NCBI GenBank assembly: GCA_965113315.1
Contig: OZ220368.1
DNA from: Podarcis vaucheri
Lineage: Eukaryota
Length of the DNA stretch: 64,000 nt
Reading direction: 5' to 3' (one strand)
The notes beneath the pieces were generated by a model. That model was given only the letters and a program-made list of their open reading frames with translations. It did no database searches and had not been told where the DNA came from. Positions 12,941-24,667 of the stretch are shown in pieces (within the stretch, counting starts at the first letter, position 1; every line of letters starts with the position of its first letter). The position numbers and the translations under genes were made by a program.

Positions 12941-13016
12941 AGAGTCTTGTGGCACTTAAAGACTAAACTGTTTGACATAAGCTTTTGTGGACTGCAGAAC
13001 ACTTCATCAGATACAT
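12941..13016 (-). mobile_element. Penelope-like terminal repeat fragment with minimal hammerhead relic
   Basis: Minus strand: gtat-CTGATGA-agtgttctgcagtccac-AAAA-GCTT-atgt...ttagtctttaagtgccacaagactct. Confidence 0.7.
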
Positions 13017-15603
13017 ATTGGGCTGAAACTGTCCTTATACTAGTCATACTAGTAGCATTTATTATTTTATTATATCACTATTATTAGTATGAAAACCAAA
13101 ACCACTCCATTCTGCAAAAAAAAGGGGGGGAGGCTGTTTTGCTTATTCCTTTATGACATGGATTTGGAGCATGTCTCTCCACAATTATAATTTCCCACAG
13201 TTTACTATTTAAGAGATCTATAGTTAGAGTCCTGAAACATATGGCTGCCACAGAATTTGCTTCTATTCTCTATTTGTGCACGCCCAACAGAAACCATTTC
13301 AGTAGTGTGGAAGAGGGGGCCCAGTTAGGTAGGCAAACTGTGAATTCAGTCTCACATTAAAGCATATGGCTCGGGTCTCGTTTTCCTGCAATATATCACT
13401 GCAGCTGTTGATTATGTAAGTGGTATGTGTAGACACTTTGTACTGGTGAAAATGCTTCTCATATGTTCTCCAGGAGACAACAAACATGTGATCCCCGCAG
13501 GCTCAGAAGATAATATAAAGCAAACCATCTGCAAATCACAACTGCATTCTGTCCGGGAGATACCATACCGCTCAATGGAAGGGAAATAGCTTTGAATTGG
13601 CAAGGTTTGCTGCTGTTTCCTTCTGCCTTAAACCCCACCCCCAAACTGAAAAAGTAATTTACATTTTATATAAACAGGCTTGGAGTACGCAGAAAGGAAA
13701 AAACAGGAGAGGGAAATACTAAATGGAGAAAATAATAGAGGAAATCAGATCAATTAAATAGGCAATGTAACACTCCAAGAATTCATTATTAGGGAAACTT
13801 TAGGCTGGAATTTCATTTGCCTTACAAGTGGAGCAATAAAAGTGAATTCAGCAGCAGCTTTTAATGCCTGTCTGAGAGATTTCCAATATTTCCTGCAGCA
13901 GACTAGGTGTTGCAAATTCCCTCTAGCCTCTCTCCAGTTAGATCGCATATGTAGCTGGGGAAAAGTGATGAGTGGACCTGCCCAAGTGTATGTGCATGAT
14001 ATGAATTTGTTTCAATGCTATTTTTACTAATTTTCTTTAACTTTCTGGGAGCTGAGCTGCACCACTGACTCAAGATACACATGTTCTGTCTTGATGTACT
14101 GAGAGCCTAAGAAACAATAGACATGATTCAGTTTACAAGATGAAAACTATTATTTAATACCCAGACACCCTCCTTCTTCATCCCAGAATTCCCTTTGTCT
14201 TTCTAATTCCATGTTAAGTCAGGGTATCCTAGCTGCACTGCAGTTAAAACTCAGGCATTCTGGGGTGCTGTCTAGGATCAATAAATGTATCTTCCACCAG
14301 TCAGCGACTACATCACAGTTTGCCTCCTTTGTTCTACAGCAGGGGGAAGGTCAAAAGCAGGCCACAGTCAACTCAGTAGTGGACCACTGGCCAAATTCCA
14401 GTGGGTCACCTACTTTCTATGGGCTTCTGGGCTTCTTCCAAAGAATGCTGGGTGACTGTGTGGGCCTCAGCACTCAATATTCTTATGTAAGGGTGCAAAC
14501 TCAGGGTAACTTCACATACATTAGCTACTGATTAACTGTCAAGAGATCCTGAGTGTTCATTCTTGTTTTTTTAAAGTGGATGTGTTGGTGGACTGTACAG
14601 ATTTTAGTTAAACAGAGAGAGGGAGAGGGAGAACATGCCACATATTGAAGCCACTCCTTCCCTGTTCTAGGAGTAGCTAGGCTGAGGCACAAAAAAGGGT
14701 TGTTATAGCTATTCCACAGATATTTCTTTCCCTGCTCTAATTTCAGGCAGGTCAAGGATGACTGAAGGTCAGGATGGGGGGACAGAGACAGGAACAGTTC
14801 ACTTCCTTCTCCTCTCATGTGGTTTTTAAGTGTATCTGGCTGGTTGCTCATCTATTCCTGAGTGAACTAAAGGCAGCCATCTAGCACGCGGCTCAAACTT
14901 AGAATTCTCCTGCTTCCCAGTGACGTTTTATGGGACAACAACGATTCCAATAATGATGCGGCATTATTTTGACCTACTAACCCAATATTTATAAAACCAT
15001 GCTCCAGGGAACTCCACTGTTCCTCAGAAGCTTAGCAAAGATTCATGACTGATAAACATGACTGGTAGACAAGCATGGCTAAAAGACAGCTTGCCCATCA
15101 CTAGGCTACTAATCTTCCCCTGCAAGCTGCAGCTGTAGCAATCTCAATTCACAATGGGCTGGAATATGGAACCTATGGGCCTCCAGAAGTTGTTGGACTA
15201 CAACTCCCATCTTCTGTGACTACTGGTCATGCTGGCTGGGTCTGACTGGAGTTGAAATGCAACAGCACCTGAAGATCCACAGTTTCCACATCTCTGATGT
15301 GAGCAATGATGAAGTCTCCCAGGCCTGACCTGTGCTGACTGTGCACCTGAGAACACATCCCAGCATCTTCTACAAAGGAAAGTGGGTGTGGAGCAAGGCA
15401 AGCAAGAATGCAGAGAGTCATCTCCAAAGATAAAAAGCCTGAAAAATTCCACACCATGGTTCCCAGGAGGATAATCCTGTGTTAAAATTATATGAACAAC
15501 TTTGCTTGTTAATCCTTGCTTGTCTGCTTACAACGGTATGCTTAAAGAAAAAGAGAGAAGGAATAATTAATTGTCTTTGTAAGCCAATGCAAGATGAGAC
15601 ACG

Positions 15604-15613
15604 TTTATTTATT
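15604..15613 (-). terminator. Candidate distal PODN polyadenylation signal (tandem AATAAATAAA)
   Basis: Minus strand reads aataaataaacgtgtctcatcttgcattgg followed by a U-rich tract; an alternative proximal AATAAA lies at 19002-19007. Confidence 0.4.
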
Positions 15614-16301
15614 ACTTTAATCAAAAGCTTCTAAGACACAGAGTTTTAGCCCAACAGTGTCAAGAGACAGTAGAATCTATGCATCCAGGAGGAAAGCCCA
15701 GTAGTAAAGGGCAGACCTCACTGAAAATAACCCGTTCATCTAAGGTATAAAGCTGATAACTATGCTTATAAGTCCTCTCACCACCACGGACTAAAAGAGC
15801 ACAATTCAACCAAATGAAGCTGACCTGCAAATTATACATCAATAGCACAAGCGTATGCATGTCTACTGAGAAGTAAGTCCCATTAAGTTGAGCGGACCTT
15901 ACTCCCTGGTGTTTATAGGATTGAAGTCAAATGTGTTACACACACATTTGCAGCATAGTACTAAGGAATCAAGCATTTAGAAGACATTATCGCAAACTAT
16001 TTACTAAATGGTTGCCTAGAACGTAATCTAAATATTTAATTTCTTAACAATAATATTTACTCGTTTTACACATGAGAAACACGTAGGCTAAGCATTTCTT
16101 GTGTGCAAAGGACAGTGAACCTATTGCAGAGATTTCAAAACCAATGCAAAGCAAAAGTGAGCCAATTTAACCACAGAATACAGGTCATCACAACATGGCA
16201 TAACTTCAAGGAATTAAGCCCCTGACAAATATTTATTTGCTATACGCACACACAAACCCTTTCATACCAACAGAGAAACATACTCTCTCATAAAACCATT
16301 T

Positions 16302-16302
<1 letters not shown>

Positions 16303-16347
<45 letters not shown>
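16303..16347. repeat. (CA)n microsatellite
   Basis: Visible directly in sequence. Confidence 0.95.
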
Positions 16348-16349
<2 letters not shown>

Positions 16350-16619
16350 GCCTAATACACTACTCCAGTTGCTAGCATCTGGCATGATTGCAAGGGAGGC
16401 GAGGACTGCTCAGAGGAGAGAACTACGTATTGGGCTAGTGATAGCAGTAAGTCAGGTGGCTGGCTCCAGGGAGTATAGGAAGCCAGCTAGCCAGCCTAGT
16501 ACACTGTGATGTCTGCCTTCTACCCAGTGTACTCTTCCATAGCTGCTAGGCACTGAAGCTTAGAATAAGGAGGAAAACAGAGGCCTAGATTCATACCAGA
16601 AGCAAGGTTACTATGGCAC

Positions 16620-17830
16620 CACAGAGGACTCATTTCAAGCTGGCTTTAGGCCTTTTTTCAGGACTTAAACAGCCCTGATCTCCCTTATTACTTGTATTGA
16701 GAGAGAGACAGGAAGAGTACAATGTTGTTATTCATTGATCTCTCAACAGCCTTTGATACCATCAACCATGGTATTCCCCTGAGTATATCTGCAGGAGTGG
16801 GAAATGGTTCCCCTCCTACCTGCAGGGATATTTCCAGAGAGTGGCAGTGGAGGACTTCTGCTCAGCCATTGTTCATCCTCTTGCCACCCCATTGCTTCTT
16901 AACAGCTACTTGAAGCCACTGAGAGAAGTCATCTGAGGACCTGGGGTGCAGCATCACCAGCATCTATCTCTCCATGTCATCAGAATCAGGTGCTGGGCCA
17001 GTGCCCAGAGGCAGAAAGGGGCTGGATGAGAGTCAACAAAGGGGCATCAACATGACAGAGGCATGGATGGTTCTCATGTCCAGGAACAGGGAAGATGTCC
17101 TGGGTGCACTCCCCATGAAAGAGCAGGTACACAGCTTAGGAATACTTCGGGATTCATCTCTTTCATAGAGGCCCTCTTTCCAACACCCAGTGAGACACAA
17201 GCAACAGCATTCCTGAATCAGGATAGCCTTGCCATGGTGCTTCATGCTTTACTAATTAGTTTATTGTCCTGTGCTCTAAATGGGACTGACCTTGAAGATG
17301 CTTCAGAAATTGCAGCTGCTGCAGAATGCAGCTGTCAGGGTGCTGAGTGGTATGCTATTTGAAGTCATGTAGCACTGACCCTGCACACACTACACTGGCA
17401 CCAATAGCTTCCTGGGCCCAGTTTAAGGTTATTGGGTCTCAGATAGTTGAAGGAGTGCCTGTCCTGATATCTACCAACCCAAGCCTTAAGATCTGCCAGG
17501 GTGGGAGGCTGCTGCAGCCCCAGCAATATGTGAAGTTCACCACAGGCTGATGCACTGCAGGGTCTTCTGGGTGGTGGCACCCCACTTTGGAATGCCCACT
17601 CCCAGGACATCTGATTGGTCTCCTTAGTTCTCAGTTTTAGACAGAGCCTGAAGACACATCTTATTACCCAAGGATCTGTGAATGTTTGATGTATTCCAGC
17701 ATCAGATATTGTGATATATTTAGCTGTTGTGAGATCTGGCTGATATGATTTCATTGTATTTATTATGTATGCCACCCTGGGATATTTTGATGAACTTCAG
17801 CTAAATAAATTGAGCAAATAACAAATAAAT
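16620..17830 (+). mobile_element. Degenerate L2 LINE 3' portion (RT to 3' end)
   Basis: FQAGFR, LLFIDLSTAFDTINHGI and LQLLQNAA motifs, a P.LWN-type 3' motif, and a (TAAA)-like tail; many frameshifts. Confidence 0.85.
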
Positions 17831-19001
17831 TTGCGTACTGGTGTCACGATATTATTGAGCATCTAAATATATATTAGACAAAAAAACACACAAAAAACCC
17901 CCAACCCATCTGGCTAAAAGGGTTGTTTACATCCATTGTTATACAGATTTCTCTTCTACTAACAGCAGCAGTGCTGTATTGTGAGCAGATGGTCAGGGCT
18001 GGAAGTGTGCTGCCTTTGGCAAAGGGGATTACAAATGAGGCCCTTAGTTTTAGGACTACCACAGCTCAGCTTCTCTGGGCTTAACTTAAGGGACTTTGGG
18101 ATCAAGTTCTGTATTTTGTTCTTTGTGGCTGCTAAAGATATCTAGGCTACACGTGACACACAGAGAAGAAACAAGATGTACATAGAGGTCTATCACGATG
18201 TATGGGTGTCTCCAGGATGTTGGTACTTTGCAGGAAGAATTCAAGTGAATGTCAAACTTTTAGGCTGGCATAATTAAAGCACTCTTGTCCTAGCTCGGCA
18301 AATTTGCTTTAAAAAAAATGCAAGTGAAGGTGAAATGTGTGAGATAAACTAATGAATATCAGAGAGATGTGAACACACCCTGCAGATCTGGATGGATACT
18401 GGATGAATAAATGTCCTGCGAAACAAATCAAAATCAGTCCTCAATAAAGACTAGAGTCTAACCACCACATAAGCATTGTGCAAGCAAATCAGGTTGAATG
18501 CTCAATAAAGAGGTTGTCTGGAGCCCAAAGTCTAAACAAACACACACACTTACACACATAGTGAACTTTTTGGTGAATTTAAGGAAAAAGCAGCAGGAAT
18601 TTTACTACTGAGCTGAAATATAGCACAGGAGCAGCTAACATGCTGTCCTCCAGATGTTTTGGGCTACAATTCCCATAATCTGTGACCATGTGCATCAAAA
18701 TTTTGAAATAGTGCACTGGTGGTATCACTGAAACTCATCAAAATGAAACTTTGCACCCACATTCTACCCTGCCCTTCAGAGATTGCAAGTGGCTCTGTAG
18801 TTGCAAGCAGATAATACATTTCCTAAAGAAAATATTACAGTTAAAGGGTTAAGAAACATGAGGTTCCCTACAACAGAAACACCCCCCCCCCCCATATCCT
18901 TTGGTCAATTGAGTAACAGCTGCATTTGCATTGTGCAATAACATGATCATTTGGAGAGGCCCAGGTTGGAAAGGAAGTAGCTGGCCATCCTAAAGTCAAG
19001 A

Positions 19002-19197
19002 TTTATTGGCAAGGTTGGTTGGCACAGATTTTTATCAGGTGTTTTCCCTGCTGGTCTACAGTTAGAAACTTCTCTTTCTGGATTTCAAATGTTCCTCTTG
19101 TTCCAAGCTCTTTGCTAAGTCCCAACAGAAACAGTGCTGCTTATCCACTAGTCAAGAAATGTAAAAAGCTAAACTGTGTTTGGGAAGAAAGGAGGGG

Positions 19198-19256
<59 letters not shown>

Positions 19257-20557
19257 GAAATTGTGCACAGGAACTTCAAATAAGGTTGTGAGCTGTAAAA
19301 AGAAAGAACTCTCCACTGTAAAATCAGATTTCCAGAGTTATAGTCACATGCACATTCAACACACATTTAAACCCCAAAGGATCCTGTAGTTCTCTTAAGG
19401 CTGCTGGGAACTGTTGCCTGGTGAAGGGGAAATTACAGTTACCAGGATTCTATGAGGCAAGTCATGGGCTTTGAATGTGCTCTGCATGGATGGTGTGGAT
19501 CTACCCATTTGTTAGGCAGCCTGAACAAGCTAACGTAAGACATGATTTGTCAACAAACACTGTTTCTCAGTGTGTGCCCATGTGTGGAAGCTGAGAACCC
19601 AAATGAGAAGAGGCATCAAAGACAATATTTCTTAAAGAAAAAGTAGTGAGAGGTACATTCCAAAAATGTACTTGAGGATCCACTTCTCTTTATCCTATAT
19701 TTGTAGTGTGGTGGTGACCCACCTTAGGCCAGACTGTAATCCAGTGGTAGGTCCCGACCCACTAACTGAAGACCAATAAAGTTGGTTAGAGGGACTAAGT
19801 TTATATGTCCATGAGATTTCCTTTGTCCAAGGGATATTAGCAACCGCCCAGCACCCACACACACAAAGGAACAAATCTCTCAAAGGCAAAAATATATTTT
19901 AATTTTCACAAAACATAATAATTTGATATTTTAAACCTTCATAAAGGTGGGTGCATATTGCAGGCTTTGGGAATGGGGATAAATTATATATGGGATCCAG
20001 CCGTAATAGGATTTCTTTCTTAATCCAAATATACATACTGAACTGAACCAAAAAAAGGGGACAGAAATGTCCAGTGTGGTAAGTCAGTCTTATTGCCATC
20101 TGATGGTTCTGAGATGCCTCAGGTTGTTCTACAAAACAAAACCACACGGGATGCTCTCCCTTCTCCCATCACTGAGCGCAGTGGTTCACTGAAATGCAGT
20201 GACACAGAAACGCTGTTTGAGGGAACTTGCTCTAAAGAGTTTCACTTTCATTTGCATAGGAAAACTGTGAGAGAAGTGACAGAAGGGGGACAAAAGCCAG
20301 CTTTTGAAAATTCCCCCAGAATCCCTGATGATCCAGAAAGTACTTGGACAAGATGAAGTATAAGACATGGGGTGGCACTTGGGGGTCTTCCCCCAACATG
20401 AGCAGACTCTCTTCAGCTGGCCTGGCCAAGCACCATCACATGAGCCAACCGCCTGCATGAAATTCATTGCACTGTTTGCTCTCTGTATATCTATGGAGAT
20501 ACAGATATATATAGATACATAAACACAGGGATGCATGCCGCTTTGCTGAAGGAGTTC
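19002..20557 (-). other. PODN: Inferred PODN non-coding terminal exon (3' UTR); 3' end uncertain
   Basis: Good acceptor on the minus strand (ttttgattctcatgtttttcag|GAAC at 20558/20557) and AATAAA at 19002-19007. Confidence 0.5.
19199..19256. repeat. (AC)n(AT)n microsatellite
   Basis: Visible directly in sequence. Confidence 0.95.
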
Positions 20558-20894
20558 CTGAAAAACATGAGAATCAAAATTTTAATCATGTATTTGTTGC
20601 ATGTTCATCCCAGCTCATTATTCATTTATTTTTATCCCAGTTCATAACGCTGGCAGCTACCTTTCAAAATGCAGTCAAGAACTTAAGCAAAGAATCAGAA
20701 CTCAAGGCAGAAATGTATTCGCTTAGATTTTATAAAGCCTGCTCTATCCAGTTATCTAGGGTGGTTAATAACAAGGAAATCAGAAGCAAAGGACTTAAGA
20801 ATTTCATTAAAAACAAAAAAGAAAATAAAATCTTGAATAAAAACAAGTCTTCCAAATAATCCCCAGACTCAGGAAAAAATAAGTGTTAAAAACT

Positions 20895-21085
20895 GGGAAA
20901 GGGCTATAGCTCAGTGGTAGAGCACTTGCATGCCCAAAGGCTCAGGTTTAACTCCTGACATCTCCAGCTAGATGACAGAGAAACTCCTTTCAAAAACACT
21001 GGAGAGCTGCTGCCAATCAGTGTAGGCAGCACTCAGCTAGATGGACCAAAGATTCATCTGATTCAGGAGACAACAGCTTCTTACA
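20895..21085 (+). mobile_element. Squam3-like tRNA-derived SINE
   Basis: A-box tagctcagtggtagagc, degenerate B-box ggtttaactcc, body ctggagagctgctgccaatcagtgtaggc...ctagatggaccaa. Confidence 0.8.
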
Positions 21086-21624
21086 TTTTATGCTGCACAG
21101 CAGCCACAGAAATACCTCTTTATGTGCCGTTGCAAGTATGGCCAGTGCATAGAGATAGCCACAGAGAGGCTGTTTTCTATGCTCCCAGGACACACTCATA
21201 CAGGAATAATGCTATCCCACAGTGGTTATGAACTGAAAGTACATCTGAGCTACAGGATCGGGAATGAAAACTGATGTAACTACAACAAACATATAAGCAC
21301 CATGTGTGAGTTAACTGTGCCATTCCAGAAAGCCACAAGGGATTAGGCATTACTGCTGGGGCACATATTGCTATCCCTATGCAACACTTGGTCACCTGGT
21401 GATGTGTCCACTTCTGACATTGTACCAACACACATTCATGCACCTTCATATATATTTATCTGTCAACCCAATCACTAACAGAATTGGGTCACAAATATTA
21501 TTTTGTGTACAGCCTGGGGGTGCCATAGAAAAGCAGGTTGTGTAAAGAGACAGTATAACAAGAATAGTATTGAAAGTAATTTTATACCATGTGATACACT
21601 TGGTTCAATCAAAGTTTATCTTCA

Positions 21625-21802
21625 TTATTCCTCGACCTCCTGTTCTTCCTCCTCCTCCTCCTCTTCCATTTCCTCCTCCGAATGGTCCCTATTCTTCAAA
21701 GGGTCGCTGAATTCAAAGTTTCCTTCTATGTCCAACACCTGTAGATGTTTCAGCCTCTGGAATGTGCTTTCTTTTACTGCATTGAATGCAATCTTGTTAA
21801 AC
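21625..21802 (-). CDS. PODN: PODN last coding exon with acidic Glu-rich tail and TAA stop
   Basis: tcttcaag| acceptor; [58 protein letters not shown]; the acidic C-terminus is characteristic of podocan. Confidence 0.95.
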
Positions 21803-22081
21803 CTTGAAGATAAAAAAGAGAGTTTCTGGTGTTAGAACTTAGTAAGTAGTCCCACTAGAAGAAGCCAGTGCAAGTACTCCTGTTTGTACAATTCTCCTCA
21901 CCCCCAGGTCCCCTCAATTAGCTGTGGGGACGTCAGGAGAACCACTAGGAGAACACATGCAGGAGGAGTGAGGGGGGAGGTTGTTCCATTATAATGAAAC
22001 TGTTATTAACCCAAAGATCTACCAGTAGATCCTGATCTACCTTCTGGACAGCCCTGATAGAGACAATCCATCTAGTCTCCT

Positions 22082-22720
22082 AGACAGACAAAATGAAGTA
22101 TTTCCTTACAGACTGCATAGCTAAATGATGGAACTCACTTTCACAAAATTTAGTGATGGCTCCCAACTTGGTTAACTGGTCATAATTCAGAATGCATCTG
22201 GATACCAGTTGCTGCAGAACATGATTAGGGACACGGGTGACGCTGTGGGTTAAACCACAGAGCCTAGGGCTTGCCGATCAGAAGGTTGGCAGTTCGAATC
22301 CCCGCGGCGGGGTGAGCTTGGTCCCTGCCCGGTCCCTGCTCCTGCCAACCTAGCAGTTTGAAAGCACGTCAAAGTGCAAGTAGATAAATAGGTACCCCTC
22401 CGACGGGAAGGAAAACAGTGTTTCTGTGCCCTGCTCCAGTTTGCCAGAAGTGGCTTAGTCATGCTGGCCACATGATCCGGAAGCTGTACGCCAGCTCCCT
22501 CGGCCAATAAAGTGAGATGAGTGCCACAACCCCAGAGTCGGTCATGACTGGACCTAATGGTCAGGGGTCCCTTTACCTTTACCTATGATTTGGAGAATGC
22601 TATCATGCTCATGTTCTGCTTATAGGCTTCCCATAGGCATCTAGTTGGCCACTTGTGAAAGCACAATGCTGGGCTAGATCAACTTTTGGTCTGATCCAGT
22701 AGAATTCTCCTTATGTTCAC
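22082..22720 (+). mobile_element. CR1-type LINE 3' end, interrupted by a Sauria SINE
   Basis: tggaactcact...gtgatggc ORF2 end plus squamate CR1 3' UTR (ggcttcccataggcatctagttggccac...ggtctgatccag...cttatgttc). Confidence 0.7.
22228..22584 (+). mobile_element. Full-length Sauria (POM-type) SINE
   Basis: gggacacgggtgacgctgtgggttaaaccac head, (ACCTTT)n tail, atgatt target-site duplication. Confidence 0.95.
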
Positions 22721-23091
22721 ATCTGGATTAGCAAAAGTAATTTGAACGTTTGGATCATTGGTCATTTGTACCCTGGTTACCTGCAAAGTGCTAAGGCCAG
22801 AATTCAACAATCACACAGCTACATTCTGCATGACCAAGAGGGCTTTGGGACTTCTTAAATTGCATCTCCTCATGCCACATAATCAACCGCTTATAAAACT
22901 GAGGAGACTCTTAATGGCAATTTTAGATACAGCACTGAGTGGGTAGTATTCCGTTGTTCAACTTAACATGCAACAAATCCCACCAGGCCTGTCTAAACAC
23001 TTTAGGTGTTCCAAAGAAGAGTTTTCTCAGCCTTGCCCTTGACTGGATGCATCTCGGTCAGGCAGGGGAACCTTTCTTCTGGACTACAAAC

Positions 23092-23240
23092 CTGAGATAA
23101 ATTCCCTTTATGTTGGGTGTGGATTCAAAGGCATTCTCTGGCACTGTGGTAATCTTGTTGTTCTGGAGGTACAGATACTCTAGAGATTCTGGCAAATCAG
23201 AGGGAATAGAAGTCAGCTGATTGCCAGCTATGTCTAATAT
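23092..23240 (-). CDS. PODN: PODN coding exon (about exon 9), 149 bp
   Basis: tttcag| ... |gtttgt; [52 protein letters not shown] units. Confidence 0.96.
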
Positions 23241-23738
23241 CTGAAAGAAAAAACAGACAGCACAACATTAGTTGGAAGTAATTAATGGAAATCAGTTTGC
23301 TTTGAAATGGGCTAGATTGATTATACTGTACAAAAATGTTGAGTACCTAGGCACTTGAAATTTGTGTAAGCAAGGGTACAACTGGTGGAACTCTTTATGC
23401 AGGTTCTGCCAACATGCACAGGGTCCGGAACGTAACCCCCATGCAAAACAAGCATTGTGTGTATTGTTTTGGAAAGAACAAATTAGGTAAGGTCGCCTTT
23501 AAGTGTGAACTGAAATGGATTTCTCCCCTATTCCCAGGGAAGTATACTAGGATTGCAGCCCAATTTCATTACATGCGCCTGGTGAGATGCCCACAAAATG
23601 GTTGGAAGCAAGTTCATTAATGTGGCCACATCAGTGCCCTGTAGCTGAATATGTAGCATCTTTCCCTTTCCCAGTTGTCTTTTGCCCAGCTTTATTTCCT
23701 TTGGCCCTTGCTTTCACCTTCTCTGGTCCTTTGGATTA

Positions 23739-23980
23739 CAGTGGTACCTCGGGTTAAGTACTTAATTCGTTCCGGTGGTTTGTTCTTAACCTGAAACTGT
23801 TCTTAACCTGAAGCACCACTTTAGCTAATGGGGCCTCCTGCTGCTGCCGCGCCACAGGAGCACAATTTCTGTTCTCATCCTGAAGCAAAGTTCTTAACCT
23901 GAGGTAATATTTCTGGGTTAGCAGAGTCTGTAACCTGAAGCATATGTAACCTGAAGTGTATGTAACCCGAGGTACCACTG
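23739..23980. mobile_element. Tc1/mariner (Tigger/pogo-like) MITE, 242 bp
   Basis: TIRs CAGTGGTACCTCGGGTTA / TAACCCGAGGTACCACTG; TA on both sides; internal taacctgaa repeats. Confidence 0.93.
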
Positions 23981-24203
23981 TATTGCCTGTTCTCCTGTGC
24001 CTTGTAAACCATTCTTTCAGGTCCCTGTATCTCATCCTAGTCAATTACCCTTCCTTTTGGGCCACCTAATGTTGGACATTTGTATTGAAATGTGGCCATA
24101 GCAACAAGTGCGCAGCAGTCCCAGGTTCCCTCCTTGGTTGCCTCTGCATCAACTTTCTTCCTCTTGGACCATTTCCTGTAGCTTTGTTCTGACAGCCTGG
24201 TCA

Positions 24204-24322
24204 GCCGAACAGTAACAGCTGCAGCTGCTGTTGAATCTGCAGCACGTACAACAGTGTTTGGCGCCGAACAGTAACAGCTGCAGCTCTGCTGTTGAATCTG
24301 CACACGTACAACAGTGTTTGGC
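24204..24322. repeat. Tandem duplication, two copies of about 60 bp
   Basis: gccgaacagtaacagctgcagct...gtacaacagtgtttggc occurs twice (59 and 60 bp) with small indels. Confidence 0.92.
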
Positions 24323-24428
24323 ATTAGATGCTCAACATTCTGGACACGTGATAGGAGAGAATGGCCTAGTGTATGCTCCTACTGTTTAGGGCTTCCCAGG
24401 AAAACTTGAAATTTCCAAACACAGAATA

Positions 24429-24667
24429 CAGTGGTAACTCGGGTTACATACTTCAGGTTACAGAGCTTCAGGTTACAGACTCCACTAACCCAGAAATAGT
24501 ACCTCAGGTTAAGAACTTTGCTTCAGGGTGAGAACAGAAATCGTGCTCCGGTGGCATAGCAGCAGCAGGAGGTCCCATTAGCTAAAGTGGTGCTTCAGGT
24601 TAAGAACAGTTTCAGGTTAAGAATGGACCTCCGGAACAAGTTAAGTTCTTAACCCGAGGTACCACTG
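24429..24667. mobile_element. Second copy of the same MITE, inverted relative to 23739-23980
   Basis: TIRs CAGTGGTAACTCGGTTA / TAACCCGAGGTACCACTG with TA flanks; internal sequence is the reverse complement of the first copy. Confidence 0.93.

Noticed and set aside
16620-17830. Intact reverse transcriptase or endogenous viral gene
   Set aside because: RT motifs are scattered across frames with stops; a dead L2 copy (the same applies to the RTE at 44530-45270)
20901-20965. tRNA-like sequence (gggctatagctcagtggtagagc)
   Set aside because: The cloverleaf and B-box are degenerate and it continues into a SINE body; this is a SINE head, not a tRNA gene
24204-24322. Palindromic direct repeats as a CRISPR-like array
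   Set aside because: Only two adjacent units, no spacers, no cas genes, vertebrate intron
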